From Candidatus Omnitrophota bacterium (GTDB lineage Bacteria > Omnitrophota > Gorgyraeia > Zapsychrales > Zapsychraceae): DNA of 64,000 bases. The notes under the pieces are model-generated. The model saw only the letters and a list, made by a program, of their open reading frames with translations, had not been told where the DNA came from and did not search any database. The stretch covers positions 6,560-70,559 of the forward strand of contig JACRHP010000009.1 of the NCBI GenBank assembly GCA_016212005.1. Reading direction: 5' to 3'. Positions 1 to 10,076 of the stretch are shown piece by piece (within the stretch, counting starts at the first letter, position 1; every line of letters starts with the position of its first letter). The translations under genes were made by a program, and so were the position numbers.

Positions 1-1
1 C

Positions 2-253
2 CCGCAGCTTTCTGAAGAACGCCGCCAGGAACTTAAAAAAGTCGTCAAGGAAATGGCCGAGAAGTCGCGTGTTTCGCTTCGTACGATCCGCCGGGATGCC
101 AACGACCGGATTAAAAAGCTGCAGAATGAAAAAACCGTTCCCGAGGACGAAGCTTTTAAAGCGCAGGATGAGATCCAAAAGTTGACGGATCGTTTCATCA
201 AAGAAATTGACGCGCTTCTGGAAGACAAAAGCAAAGCGCTGGTTGAGTTGTAA
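2..253 (+). CDS. frr: Ribosome recycling factor, 3' part (gene starts before the window)
   Basis: Open frame from base 2 reads PQLSEERRQELKKVVKEMAEKSRVSLRTIRRDAN...EIQKLTD, the RRF C-terminal half. Confidence 0.95.
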   Translation, partial: PQLSEERRQELKKVVKEMAEKSRVSLRTIRRDANDRIKKLQNEKTVPEDEAFKAQDEIQKLTDRFIKEIDALLEDKSKALVEL

Positions 254-259
254 TCTTTT

Positions 260-349
260 GACCCACTAGCTCATCCGGCTCCGACACTCTGCTTTCAGCA
301 GAGGTCGGAGTTCCGACCCCTCGCCTTTGGCGAGGGTGTCGGAATAGAG
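260..349 (+). repeat. Duplicated 5' end of tRNA-Lys interrupted in the D-loop by a 66-bp twin-hairpin insert
   Basis: GACCCACTAGCTCATCCGG (260-278) is identical to 623-641; hairpins at 279-310 and 311-344; TAGAG (345-349) resumes the tRNA sequence. Confidence 0.85.
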
Positions 350-366
350 ATAGAGGATGATGGGGG

Positions 367-624
367 ATGGCATTTGTTTATATTTTAGAAAGCTTAAAAA
401 CGGGACGGTATTATATTGGCAGCACCAACGATGCAAAGAAACGGTTAGAGAGCCATAATGCTGCTCAAGTTCCTGCGACGAGAAATTTTAGACCGTATCG
501 ACAGGTGTTTTTAGCGAGATATGATGATATGAAAACTGCAAGAAGGGTTGAACTACGGTTGAAGGGGTTGAAACGGCGGGACTATATTGCCAAGATTATT
601 GAAAGTGGAAAGATTACATTCTGA
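367..624 (+). CDS. Small stand-alone GIY-YIG nuclease
   Basis: FVYIL...YYIGST...RL..HN motifs and conserved Glu (ARRVE); 85 aa; its TGA overlaps the first bases of tRNA-Lys. Confidence 0.9.
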   Translation: MAFVYILESLKTGRYYIGSTNDAKKRLESHNAAQVPATRNFRPYRQVFLARYDDMKTARRVELRLKGLKRRDYIAKIIESGKITF

Positions 625-695
625 CCCACTAGCTCATCCGGTAGAGCACTGCCCTTTTAAGGCAGGTGTGCCGCGTTCGAGTCGCGGGTGGGTCA
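623..695 (+). tRNA. tRNA-Lys (anticodon TTT)
   Basis: Acceptor stem GACCCAC/GTGGGTC; anticodon arm CTGCC-CTTTTAA-GGCAG; T-arm CCGCG-TTCGAGT-CGCGG; CCA not encoded. Confidence 0.95.
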
Positions 696-714
696 TTTTA
701 AAGCCCTTTAAGAG

Positions 715-799
715 GGGCGGATGGCGGAATTGGTAGACGCGCATGCCTTAGGAGCATGTGGGGAAACTCATAGAGGTTCAAGTCCTCTTCCGCCCACCA
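715..799 (+). tRNA. tRNA-Leu (anticodon TAG)
   Basis: GGGCGGA/TCCGCCC acceptor stem; CATGC-CTTAGGA-GCATG; long variable arm; GTTCAAGTC; ends ACCA. Confidence 0.95.
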
Positions 800-837
800 G
801 CTCTCTTTCAATATTTTATTTTAGGAAAAAGAGAGCT

Positions 838-942
838 GTTGTCCCGAGCGACCATTGCGTAACGGTCAGTCGCGAGGGCTGAGGCGTGTAAGGTTTACGG
901 TCCCTCGTCACTGCAATTTTGGGCAGAGTGACTCGGGACAAC
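838..942. repeat. REP-like branched palindromic element between tRNA-Leu and tRNA-Gly
   Basis: GTTGTCCCGAG (838-848) pairs with CTCGGGACAAC (932-942); inner CGAGGG (873-878) pairs with CCCTCG (902-907); side hairpins on both arms. Confidence 0.65.
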
Positions 943-963
943 GCAAAATTACTTCGTAATTTT

Positions 964-1037
964 GCGGCGGTAATTCAGTTGGCTAGAATGCCACCTTGCC
1001 AAGGTGGATGTCGTGGGTTCGAACCCCATCCGCCGCT
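964..1037 (+). tRNA. tRNA-Gly (anticodon GCC)
   Basis: GCGGCGG/CCGCCGC acceptor stem; CCACC-TTGCCAA-GGTGG; GTTCGAACC. Confidence 0.95.
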
Positions 1038-1133
1038 TTTGTATTTAGAGTCCCTCATTCCATCGCTAAAAAAATTGCACACGTATAAAAAGGGTTAAGA
1101 TATCTCCGGGTATTTTTAAAAGAGGAGTATTCA

Positions 1134-1610
1134 ATGAAGATCATGGATTTTCTTGTTCCCAAGGCGGTTTCAACAGATCTTGCCAGCTCAAATAAAAAAG
1201 AAGTGATAGAAGAATTACTCGGGTTGTTAATTGATGCCGGTGCCGTTGAAAAAAAACACAAGAACACGGTGCTCGAGGTTCTGTTGGCGCGTGAGGCGTT
1301 GGGATCAACGGCGATTGGGCAAGGGATTGCCATCCCGCATGGAAAATGCGATTGCGTCAAAAAACTGGTCGGTTGTTTAGGTGTCAGCAAATCCGGTATC
1401 GATTTTGATTCTCTTGACGGTGAACCAGCGTATATATTCTTCCTCTTGGTTGCTCCTGCCGATTCCGCCGGCCCGCATCTTAAGGCGTTGGCAAAGATTT
1501 CACGTTTATTAAAAGACAAATATATCCGTGAAAGTTTGAAATCCGTCAGGGACGAGAAGGCCATGTTACAGATCATCCAGCAGGAAGACGGCCGTTTGTC
1601 GAAAATCTAG
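1134..1610 (+). CDS. PTS IIA component (Fru/Ntr type)
   Basis: LAREALGSTAIGQGIAIPHGK phospho-His motif; GGAG RBS upstream. Confidence 0.92.
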   Translation: MKIMDFLVPKAVSTDLASSNKKEVIEELLGLLIDAGAVEKKHKNTVLEVLLAREALGSTAIGQGIAIPHGKCDCVKKLVGCLGVSKSGIDFDSLDGEPAYIFFLLVAPADSAGPHLKALAKISRLLKDKYIRESLKSVRDEKAMLQIIQQEDGRLSKI

Positions 1611-1612
1611 CC

Positions 1613-2854
1613 ATGCCTCAAAATCCGTTTAAGTGGTTATACCCCGGCATGAAAGTAAAACGTTGGCTGTTTGCTTCCTTGCTAGGGGTAGTGATCGTCG
1701 GCGCCGGCGCCGTTTTGGCAGCCGAACCATACCCTTTTGTCAGCGTGATCGGTATCCTTTGGATACTGTGCGGCATGGTTTTCATTGTCATGGGTATGGG
1801 CAAGATGATCGTTTCGCTTTTGACGTTATTTCTTCCTAAAGGCGAACGCGAACTCGTCAATATCCTTTATCAGAAACGTTATCTCGAACGCGGTCCCAAA
1901 ATCGTCGTGGTCGGCGGCGGCCACGGTCTTTCCCATTTGATTTTTGGCCTTAAAGAATATACGGCCAATATTACGGCGATTGTGACGGTTGCCGACAGTG
2001 GAGGCTCTTCCGGACGGTTACGGGAGGAATTCAACATTGTCGCGCCCGGCGATATCCGTAATTGTCTGGTGGCGTTGGCCGACGCGCCGGCGTTGATGGG
2101 AGAACTTTTTCAATTTCGATTTTCCAAAGATTCAGAATTAAAAGGGCACAATTTCGGCAATTTGTTTTTAACGGCGATGGTGCAATTGACCGACGGTGAC
2201 TTTGAACGGGCGGTCAAGGAAACAAGCAAAGTCCTCGCCATCCGCGGCAGCGTTGTCCCTTCAACGGTCAGTAACGTTCATTTGGTTGCCGAGTATGCGG
2301 ACGGGACGCGAACTCAAGGGGAAGCCAGTATCCCGAACCCTAATTCAAGAGTGAAAAGGGTATATCTCACGGATGAAGACGCGTATCCAACGGCCGATGC
2401 CCTGGAGGCGATCGCGCAGGCCGATGTGGTTATACTGGGTCCCGGGAGCCTTTATACAAGCGTTATCCCGAATCTCATAGTCAAGGGCATGAGCGAGGCG
2501 ATCGCCAAATCACAAGCATTCAAGATCTACGTGTGTAATGTCATGACCCAGCATGGGGAGACGGATAATTATTCGGCCAGTGATCATGTGCAGGCAATAG
2601 TTGACCATTCCAATAAGGATGTTCTGGACGCGTGCCTGATTAATAATATAACGGCCCCGATAGAAGCGTTAAAACGGTACCAGGGGGAGGGGTCGTATCC
2701 GGTTGTCCCGGACACCGAGAAGATCCAGGAGATGGGATATAAAGTGGTCGCCACTGATCTTTTGGGCGTGACGGATTATGTCCGTCACGATTCTAAAAAA
2801 TTGAATCAGGCGTTGATTAAGTTGATTGAAACGCATCGGGTGATCCGTCGGTAG
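1613..2854 (+). CDS. YvcK/CofD-like UDP-GlcNAc-binding protein with N-terminal membrane segments
   Basis: KIVVVGGGHGLS, VTVADSGGSSGRLR, PGDIRNCL, GPGSLYTS motifs. Confidence 0.92.
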   Translation: MPQNPFKWLYPGMKVKRWLFASLLGVVIVGAGAVLAAEPYPFVSVIGILWILCGMVFIVMGMGKMIVSLLTLFLPKGERELVNILYQKRYLERGPKIVVVGGGHGLSHLIFGLKEYTANITAIVTVADSGGSSGRLREEFNIVAPGDIRNCLVALADAPALMGELFQFRFSKDSELKGHNFGNLFLTAMVQLTDGDFERAVKETSKVLAIRGSVVPSTVSNVHLVAEYADGTRTQGEASIPNPNSRVKRVYLTDEDAYPTADALEAIAQADVVILGPGSLYTSVIPNLIVKGMSEAIAKSQAFKIYVCNVMTQHGETDNYSASDHVQAIVDHSNKDVLDACLINNITAPIEALKRYQGEGSYPVVPDTEKIQEMGYKVVATDLLGVTDYVRHDSKKLNQALIKLIETHRVIRR

Positions 2855-2877
2855 CTGATGTCCAGGCGGGTAAGTCT

Positions 2878-3147
2878 ATGGCCAGAATCCAGGCAGACAT
2901 TACAATCAAAAATCCACAAGGGCTTCATGCCCGGCCGGCGGCGATGTTCGTTCAGGCTGCTTCAAAATATAACTCAAATGTTACCATTCAAAAAGGCGAC
3001 GAACGCGTCAACGGCAAATCCATTATGGGGATCTTAACGCTGGGGATTGAGAAAAACAGTAGAATTGTCCTTGAGGCCGATGGGGATGATGCCGACGAAG
3101 TGATGGCTGAATTGACAGCGCTTTTGACGAAAGAGAGCATCGAATGA
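2878..3147 (+). CDS. ptsH: Phosphocarrier protein HPr
   Basis: GLHARPAA and NGKSIMG motifs. Confidence 0.95.
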   Translation: MARIQADITIKNPQGLHARPAAMFVQAASKYNSNVTIQKGDERVNGKSIMGILTLGIEKNSRIVLEADGDDADEVMAELTALLTKESIE

Positions 3148-4916
3148 GTGAAGTTATTTTAAAAGGTATTGCGGCCGCGCCCGGCATCGTATCCGGTTTC
3201 GCTTTTATCCTGGACAAGCAGGAATTCATCGTCCCCCCCCGGGCCATTATGGAAAAGGAAGTGCCGATTGAAATCGCTCGCTTTGAGGAAGCACTCATCA
3301 AGGCCCGCGAGGAAATTCTCAGCATTCAAAAAAGAATGACGACAGAGTTCCAGGGGCTTCATGCGCAAATCTTTGACGCGCACCTTCTGGTCCTGGAGGA
3401 CCGCACACTGATCGAAGAAGTCATCAAACGCATCAAGGAAGAACGGTTCTCGGCAGAATATGTATTTTTTGAGGTTTTGAGGAAATATATCAAGATATTT
3501 TCTAATATTGAGGACGAATATTTACGCGAAAGGGTCGGGGATATCAATGACGTCGGCCGGCGCATTTTAAAGAACTTAATGGATGAAAGCAAGCTTCATG
3601 AACTTGATCATCTGACTGAAGAGCTGATTATTGTCAGCCACGACCTTTCGCCGTCCGATACCGCCACCATGTATAACAAAAATATCAGGGCTTTTGTAAC
3701 CGATATCGGCGGCCGGACTTCGCATACGGCCATCATGGCAAAATCGCTGGGCGTGCCGGCGGTGGTCGGGTTAAAAGACGCGACCTTGCGTATTAATAAC
3801 CAGGATTACATCATCGTCGATGGCCGCAAAGGGCTTGTCATTCTTAACCCCGGCCCGGAAACAAAAGCTTTGTATAAAGTGGAACAGAACCGTATCGAGG
3901 AATTCCGTGACCGGTATAGCGACCTGCGTGATTTGCCCAGCGAGACGCCGGATGGCAGGAGGATCGTCCTTTTGGCGAATCTGGAACTGCCGGAGGAAAT
4001 CCCGACGGTCAAAAAGCAGGGAGCCGAGGGGATCGGTTTGTACCGCACCGAATATTTTTATATGAACCGCGTCGATTTGCCATCGGAAGAAGAGCAGTAC
4101 AAGGCCTACAAACATGTGGCGGAAACGATGGCGCCTCATCCGGTCACGATACGAACGCTGGATTTGGGGGGCGATAAGTTTATTTCCAGTTTGCAGATCC
4201 CGCGCGAGATGTATCCGTTCCTGGGATGGCGGGCTATCCGTTTCTGCCTGGCGCGGCCGGACATTTTCAAGACCCAGTTGAGCGCCATCTTGCGGGCATC
4301 TGTGCACGGCAACGTCCGGCTTATGTACCCGATGATCACGGGTCCCGGTGAATTCCGCCAGGCTAACGCCATCCTTGAGGAAGTCAAGCGGAACCTTAAA
4401 GAAGAAAATATCCCTTTTAAAACAGACATGGAAGTTGGCGTCATGATCGAAACGCCTTCTGCCGCCATGACCGCGGACCTTTTGGCGAAAGAAGCGAATT
4501 TTTTTAGCATCGGGACCAATGACCTTATCCAGTACACATTGGCGGTCGACAGGGTAAACGAACAAACAGCGCATTTGTATGAGCCCGGACACCCGTCTGT
4601 CTTGCGGCTGATCAAAAATACGATTGAAGCGGCGCATAAAGAAAATATCAAGGTCGGGCTTTGCGGAGAAATGTGCAGTGAACCAATCCTGGCGCTAATC
4701 TTGCTCGGGCTGAACCTGGATGAATTCAGCATGTCTCCGCTGCAGATCCCTCAAATCAAAAAGCTCGTCCGGTCCGTAAAATGGACAGACGCGCAAAAAG
4801 TCGCCGAGGAAGTGTTGAAATTGTCTACAGGTGATGAGGTCGAGGAATTAAGCCATGTACGGCTGCAGGAACTCGCGCCGCATATTATCGGCACCGCACG
4901 GAGCAACGCAAGATGA
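3144..4916 (+). CDS. ptsI: PEP-protein phosphotransferase (PTS enzyme I)
   Basis: [35 protein letters not shown] motifs. Confidence 0.95.
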   Translation: MSEVILKGIAAAPGIVSGFAFILDKQEFIVPPRAIMEKEVPIEIARFEEALIKAREEILSIQKRMTTEFQGLHAQIFDAHLLVLEDRTLIEEVIKRIKEERFSAEYVFFEVLRKYIKIFSNIEDEYLRERVGDINDVGRRILKNLMDESKLHELDHLTEELIIVSHDLSPSDTATMYNKNIRAFVTDIGGRTSHTAIMAKSLGVPAVVGLKDATLRINNQDYIIVDGRKGLVILNPGPETKALYKVEQNRIEEFRDRYSDLRDLPSETPDGRRIVLLANLELPEEIPTVKKQGAEGIGLYRTEYFYMNRVDLPSEEEQYKAYKHVAETMAPHPVTIRTLDLGGDKFISSLQIPREMYPFLGWRAIRFCLARPDIFKTQLSAILRASVHGNVRLMYPMITGPGEFRQANAILEEVKRNLKEENIPFKTDMEVGVMIETPSAAMTADLLAKEANFFSIGTNDLIQYTLAVDRVNEQTAHLYEPGHPSVLRLIKNTIEAAHKENIKVGLCGEMCSEPILALILLGLNLDEFSMSPLQIPQIKKLVRSVKWTDAQKVAEEVLKLSTGDEVEELSHVRLQELAPHIIGTARSNAR

Positions 4917-5659
4917 AGGCCTTGATCCTTGCCGGAGGATATGGAACGAGGCTGCACGCGCTGGGTAAAGATACTCCCAAAGCGTTGTTAGAGGTCGGGC
5001 CCCAGTGTCTGTTGGAGTATATTATAGAGGAAATTACCCCCCTGGAGAGTTTGAAAGAAATCTTACTGGTTACCAATAACAAATTCTACCAGACCTTCCG
5101 TCGCTGGGCGGATGATTATGGTTATTCAGGGAAGATAAGGATCATCAACGACGGAACAAACAGCCCGGAAGACAGGTTGGGGTCCATCGGAGATATCGAT
5201 TTTGTCATCCGCAGCGAACAAATTAACGATGACTTGCTTGTCATAGGCGGTGACAACCTTTTTGACGGCGATTTGAGGGCATATTCGCAATTTGCGAAGA
5301 CAAAAGCTCCGCTGGTGACTATCGGTCTTTATAATATCGGCAAGCTGGATGACGCGAAGCGTTTCGGCGTTGTCGCTTTGGACAGTCAGCGCAAGATCAT
5401 TTCCTTTGAAGAGAAGCCGGCCAAGCCGCGCTCCACGTTGATTGCCATGTGCCTGTATTATTTCCCTCAAAAATCTCTTGGCCATATTAGCGATTATCTG
5501 CTAGAATCTGGCAAATCGGACACGGCCGGCGATTATATCCGCTGGTTGTCGGAACAGCTCACTGTTTATGGTTTTGAATTTCATGGGAAATGGTATGACA
5601 TTGGCAGTGTTGAGTCGTACCGGGAAGCCCAGAATGATTTTCGCGCGGGCGAAGAATAA
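4913..5659 (+). CDS. Sugar-phosphate nucleotidyltransferase family protein
   Basis: [14 protein letters not shown]...PKALL, FEEKP, WYDIG. Confidence 0.85.
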   Translation: MKALILAGGYGTRLHALGKDTPKALLEVGPQCLLEYIIEEITPLESLKEILLVTNNKFYQTFRRWADDYGYSGKIRIINDGTNSPEDRLGSIGDIDFVIRSEQINDDLLVIGGDNLFDGDLRAYSQFAKTKAPLVTIGLYNIGKLDDAKRFGVVALDSQRKIISFEEKPAKPRSTLIAMCLYYFPQKSLGHISDYLLESGKSDTAGDYIRWLSEQLTVYGFEFHGKWYDIGSVESYREAQNDFRAGEE

Positions 5660-5699
5660 TTTTTCATAGTGTTACTTATCTAAGAAAGGATGGTCGGCA

Positions 5700-6863
5700 G
5701 TGAAAGGAAAATATTACCTCACATCGGAATCCGTAGGCAATGGTCATCCTGATAAAGTTTGCGATCAAATTTCGGACGCGGTTTTGGACTCGGTTTTACG
5801 CGAGGACCCGATGGGTCGTGTGGCGTGCGAAACGTTCATTACGACCGGATTGGTCATCGTTGGGGGAGAAATTACCACCAAGACCTATATCGATGTGCAA
5901 AAACTTGTCCGCCGCGTTTTGACCGACATTGGATACACAGACCATAAATACGGCTTTAATTCCGTGACCTGCGGAGTTTTAAACGCTATCGTCGGCCAGT
6001 CGCCGGACATCGCTCAAGGTGTCGATGCGGGCGGCGCCGGTGACCAGGGGATCATGATCGGCTATGCCTGCGATGAAACTCCCGAACTCATGCCGTTGCC
6101 GATCGTCCTGGCCCATAAACTTGTTCAGCGGGTCGAAGAGGTCAGAAAGAACGGGACACTAAAATATCTGGGGCCGGATTGCAAGAGCCAGGTCACGGTC
6201 GAATACGAAGATGGAACACCCAAGCGCGTTGATGCCGTTGTTCTGGCCTGCCAGCATACCGAGGAAATTCTGGATAAAACCGGCAAGAAAATTACTGATG
6301 AAGCTCGAAATGAAATTATTAAAACGATTGCCACACCGATCCTTGGCAAATTAACGGACAGCCAGACAAAATATTACGTTAATGAAACAGGTAAGTTCGT
6401 TGTCGGAGGCCCGCAATCGGACACGGGGATGACCGGCCGCAAGATCATCGTGGATACCTATGGCGGCGTTGTTTCGCACGGCGGCGGCGCTTTCTCCGGC
6501 AAGGACCCGACCAAGGTCGACCGTTCCGCGACTTACATGGCCCGCTATGTCGCCAAGAATATCGTGGCGGCCAAACTGGCGCACAAGTGCTGGGTCCAGT
6601 TCAGTTATGTCATCGGCCGCGCCGATCCGGTCAGTGTTATGATCGATACCTTCGGAACCGGCAAGATCTCCGAGCAGGATCTCGTGGATCTGGTCCGTAA
6701 GAATTTTGATCTCACCCCGCAGGGGATCATCCGGGATCTCGATTTGCAAAAACCGATTTACCAGAAAACGGCCGCGTACGGACATTTCGGCCGGGAAGAA
6801 TTTTCATGGGAAAAAACATCCAAAGCCGCCGCGCTGGAAAAGGCGGCAACGGCCTTGCGGTAA
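5700..6863 (+). CDS. metK: S-adenosylmethionine synthetase
   Basis: [33 protein letters not shown]. Confidence 0.97.
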   Translation: MKGKYYLTSESVGNGHPDKVCDQISDAVLDSVLREDPMGRVACETFITTGLVIVGGEITTKTYIDVQKLVRRVLTDIGYTDHKYGFNSVTCGVLNAIVGQSPDIAQGVDAGGAGDQGIMIGYACDETPELMPLPIVLAHKLVQRVEEVRKNGTLKYLGPDCKSQVTVEYEDGTPKRVDAVVLACQHTEEILDKTGKKITDEARNEIIKTIATPILGKLTDSQTKYYVNETGKFVVGGPQSDTGMTGRKIIVDTYGGVVSHGGGAFSGKDPTKVDRSATYMARYVAKNIVAAKLAHKCWVQFSYVIGRADPVSVMIDTFGTGKISEQDLVDLVRKNFDLTPQGIIRDLDLQKPIYQKTAAYGHFGREEFSWEKTSKAAALEKAATALR

Positions 6864-6907
6864 AAACGCGCAAGCAGAACGTATTGGCTGTACCGAGACA
6901 AAAGATC

Positions 6908-8317
6908 ATGGTTAACGAAGTTAACGACTACAAAGTCAAAGATATGTCCCTGGCCTTGTGGGGCCACAAGGAAATCGAACTGGCGGAGGCAGAAATGCCA
7001 GGGTTAATGGCCTTGCAGGAGCGACATAAAGGTAAAAAGCCGCTGGCGGGTGCGCGGATCACCGGATCCCTGCATATGACCATTCAAACGGCGGTCCTCA
7101 TTAAAACTTTAAAAGCGCTGGGAGCTGACGTGCGTTGGGCCAGTTGTAATATTTTTTCCACCCAGGATCACGCGGCCGCGGCCATCGCCGATCTGGGGAT
7201 CCCGGTGTTTGCCTGGAAAGGTGAAACGCTTGAGGAATATTGGTGGTGCACCGAGCGCGCGCTGGCGTTCCCCGGCGGTAAGGGGCCGAATCTTATTGTC
7301 GATGACGGCGGCGATGCCACCTTGATGGTGCATAAAGGTTGCGAAGCTGAGAAAGATCCGCGCGTGCTGGACAAAAAAGTCGATACGGAGGATGAAACGG
7401 CTTTATATTTGTGTTTGAAGAAACTCTTGACCCAGGATAAAACAAGATGGCAGCGCGTCGCTAAAGAGATCAAGGGCGTTTCGGAGGAAACCACCACCGG
7501 CGTCCACCGGCTTTATCAGATGATGAAGGAAAATAAATTGTTATTTCCGGCCTTTAATGTCAATGACTCGGTCACCAAATCCAAATTCGATAATCTTTAC
7601 GGCTGCCGGGAATCGCTGGCCGACGGGATCAAGCGAGCCACGGATATCATGTTGGCCGGAAAAGTTGTCATTGTCTGCGGCTACGGCGACGTGGGCAAAG
7701 GCTGCGCGCAATCGATGCGCAGCTACGGCGCCCGTGTCCTCATCACCGAGATCGACCCGATCTGCGCCTTGCAGGCGTCCATGGAAGGATATGCCGTGCG
7801 AACGCTGGAAAGCGCATTGTCCGAAGGAAACATCTATGTTACCGCGACGGGAAATTGCGAAGTCATTACCGTGGAACATATGGCGAAAATGAAAGACAAG
7901 GCGATTGTGTGCAACATCGGCCACTTTGATAATGAAATTCAGATCGGCGCTTTAGAACGCGTGCCCGGCATCAAAAAGATCAACGTCAAACCGCAAGTCG
8001 ATGAATATCGCTTCCCGGATGGTCATTCCGTGATCATTCTGGCGGAAGGCCGGTTGGTCAATCTGGGCTGCGCCACAGGACATTCCTCTTTTGTCATGAG
8101 CAACTCATTTACCAACCAGACCTTGGCCCAGATCGAACTCTGGCAGAATACGCACAAGGTCGGCGTTTACCGTCTCCCCCAAACGCTTGATGAGGAAGTC
8201 GCCCGGCTGCATTTGGACCTTCTTGGGGCAAAACTTACCAAGCTCACGCGCAAGCAAGCCGATTACATCGGCGTCCCCGTTGAGGGGCCCTATAAGTCGG
8301 AACACTATCGTTATTAG
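6908..8317 (+). CDS. ahcY: Adenosylhomocysteinase
   Basis: [37 protein letters not shown]; start placed at ATG 6908 after the metK stop. Confidence 0.96.
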   Translation: MVNEVNDYKVKDMSLALWGHKEIELAEAEMPGLMALQERHKGKKPLAGARITGSLHMTIQTAVLIKTLKALGADVRWASCNIFSTQDHAAAAIADLGIPVFAWKGETLEEYWWCTERALAFPGGKGPNLIVDDGGDATLMVHKGCEAEKDPRVLDKKVDTEDETALYLCLKKLLTQDKTRWQRVAKEIKGVSEETTTGVHRLYQMMKENKLLFPAFNVNDSVTKSKFDNLYGCRESLADGIKRATDIMLAGKVVIVCGYGDVGKGCAQSMRSYGARVLITEIDPICALQASMEGYAVRTLESALSEGNIYVTATGNCEVITVEHMAKMKDKAIVCNIGHFDNEIQIGALERVPGIKKINVKPQVDEYRFPDGHSVIILAEGRLVNLGCATGHSSFVMSNSFTNQTLAQIELWQNTHKVGVYRLPQTLDEEVARLHLDLLGAKLTKLTRKQADYIGVPVEGPYKSEHYRY

Positions 8318-8379
8318 TTTTTCGTAGGAATCCAAAGTCCCCCAACAGGTTGCGTAAGATCAAGCAATCAGCATTGCAT

Positions 8380-8409
8380 TTGACGCTAAGGCGCCTGCTG
8401 TGTTAAAAT
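8380..8409 (+). promoter_or_regulatory. Putative sigma70 promoter for ilvC
   Basis: TTGACG-18 nt-TAAAAT with extended -10 TG. Confidence 0.5.
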
Positions 8410-8460
8410 AATCCCCAATTTATTATCTTTATTATTTGAAAACACCAGAAAGGAAAACCG

Positions 8461-9453
8461 ATGGCTAAAATTTATTATGATAAAGATGCCGATTTAAATG
8501 TATATAAAGGCCGGACCATCGCCATTGTGGGCTATGGTATTCAGGGCCGGGGCCAGGCGTTAAGCCTGCGCGATAGCGGCTTGAATGTTTTAGTCGCGCA
8601 AAGGCCGGGCGGCGTCAATTATGACCAGGCCAGGAAGGACGGTTTCGAGCCGGTTGAAGCGGATGTGGCGGCGAAAAAGGCCGATGTCATCATGATCCTG
8701 ACCCAGGACCATGTGCAGGGCGAACTTTATCGCAAGTCCATCAAGCGGTATCTGAAAAAAGGAAAATCTTTGGCCTTTTCCCACGGATTTAATATCCATT
8801 TCGGACAGATCAAGCCGTCGGCGGATGTGGATGTGTGGATGATCGCGCCCAAAGGGCCGGGGGCGCTGGTACGCCGGCAATTCGAAGAAGGCAAAGGTGT
8901 TCCATGCCTGGTCGCGATCTATCAAAACGCGTCGGGGAACGCCTTGAAGGACGCGTTGGCGTATGCCAAGGGCATCGGCGGCGGCCGCGCGGGAATTTTT
9001 GAAACGACTTTTAAGGAAGAAACCGAAACCGATCTTTTTGGTGAGCAGGTTGTTTTGTGCGGTGGAACAAGCGCGTTGATCAAAGCCGGTTACGAGACCC
9101 TCATCGAAGCGGGCTACGCGCCGGAGATGGCATACTTTGAATGTGTGCATGAATTAAAATTGATCGTCGATCTGATCTATGAAGGCGGGATCATCGGCAT
9201 GCGCCAGCGGGTTTCCGACACGGCGGAATATGGAGATTACACGCGTGGACCACGCATCATCACCGAGCGCACCCGCAAGGAAATGAAAAAGATCTTAAAA
9301 GAGATTCAGTCTGGCAAGTTCGCGCGGGAATGGATGCGTGAGAATAAAAAAGGCCGGCCGAATTTCAACAAGTACCGGGAAGATTCCCAAAATCATCCCG
9401 TTGAAAAAGTCGGCAAAGAATTGCGCGCCATGATGTCGTGGATGAAGAAATGA
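8461..9453 (+). CDS. ilvC: Ketol-acid reductoisomerase
   Basis: [37 protein letters not shown]. Confidence 0.97.
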   Translation: MAKIYYDKDADLNVYKGRTIAIVGYGIQGRGQALSLRDSGLNVLVAQRPGGVNYDQARKDGFEPVEADVAAKKADVIMILTQDHVQGELYRKSIKRYLKKGKSLAFSHGFNIHFGQIKPSADVDVWMIAPKGPGALVRRQFEEGKGVPCLVAIYQNASGNALKDALAYAKGIGGGRAGIFETTFKEETETDLFGEQVVLCGGTSALIKAGYETLIEAGYAPEMAYFECVHELKLIVDLIYEGGIIGMRQRVSDTAEYGDYTRGPRIITERTRKEMKKILKEIQSGKFAREWMRENKKGRPNFNKYREDSQNHPVEKVGKELRAMMSWMKK

Positions 9454-10076
9454 AGCTTCACTTAGGCTGCGGCACGAAGAAATTGGAAGGCTGGATCAAT
9501 ATCGATTCGGTGCCGGAATGCCGGCCGGATCTGGTACACGACATCACCAAGCCTTTGCCGTATGCCGATCAGGCGGCCGACGAACTGCTCGCTGAAGACC
9601 TGCTGGAACACTTTGATAAATATATCCGGTATCTGGTTTTTTATGAATGGACGCGGGTATTGAAGGTCGGCGGAAAAATCACACTGCAAGTGCCGGATTT
9701 TAAAACGATCCTTTTGCGGTATTTTAAGTTCGGATACGATAATTTCGTGGATTTTATTTTCGGCGAGAATTTGTGGGAATCCAGGATTTATATCGGACAT
9801 TTCGGTAATCATAAATGGGGATATTCGCAAAAGACGTTAAAAGAGTTCGTCAATATTTTTGGGATTGAAACAACGAATATTCGTAGAATCGGTTTGAATA
9901 TCCGACTCGAAGGCGTTAAAGGCCGGCATGTCACGCTCGATGAACTGGATAATGTCACGATATATTCGCACGCCAATCGATTTGGCAATGGGCAAGAACG
10001 GGTAACGTTAAAATTCGCCCGTGAAGCTATTAAAAAGTTTCAGGAAACGACCGAAAAGTCAGGGGCATTACGATGA
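9450..10076 (+). CDS. Class I SAM-dependent methyltransferase (type 11-like)
   Basis: MKLHLGCG...GWINID, LEH, RVLKVGG.....VPD; ATGA overlaps with ilvC and leuA. Confidence 0.8.
   Translation: MKLHLGCGTKKLEGWINIDSVPECRPDLVHDITKPLPYADQAADELLAEDLLEHFDKYIRYLVFYEWTRVLKVGGKITLQVPDFKTILLRYFKFGYDNFVDFIFGENLWESRIYIGHFGNHKWGYSQKTLKEFVNIFGIETTNIRRIGLNIRLEGVKGRHVTLDELDNVTIYSHANRFGNGQERVTLKFAREAIKKFQETTEKSGALR

Noticed and set aside
260-349. Intron-containing functional tRNA-Lys
   Set aside because: After TAGAG the sequence leaves the tRNA; no anticodon arm, T-arm or 3' acceptor strand follows until the separate intact copy
5660-5699. SAM/SAH riboswitch upstream of metK or ahcY
   Set aside because: The intergenic gaps are only about 40-45 nt and show no recognisable aptamer
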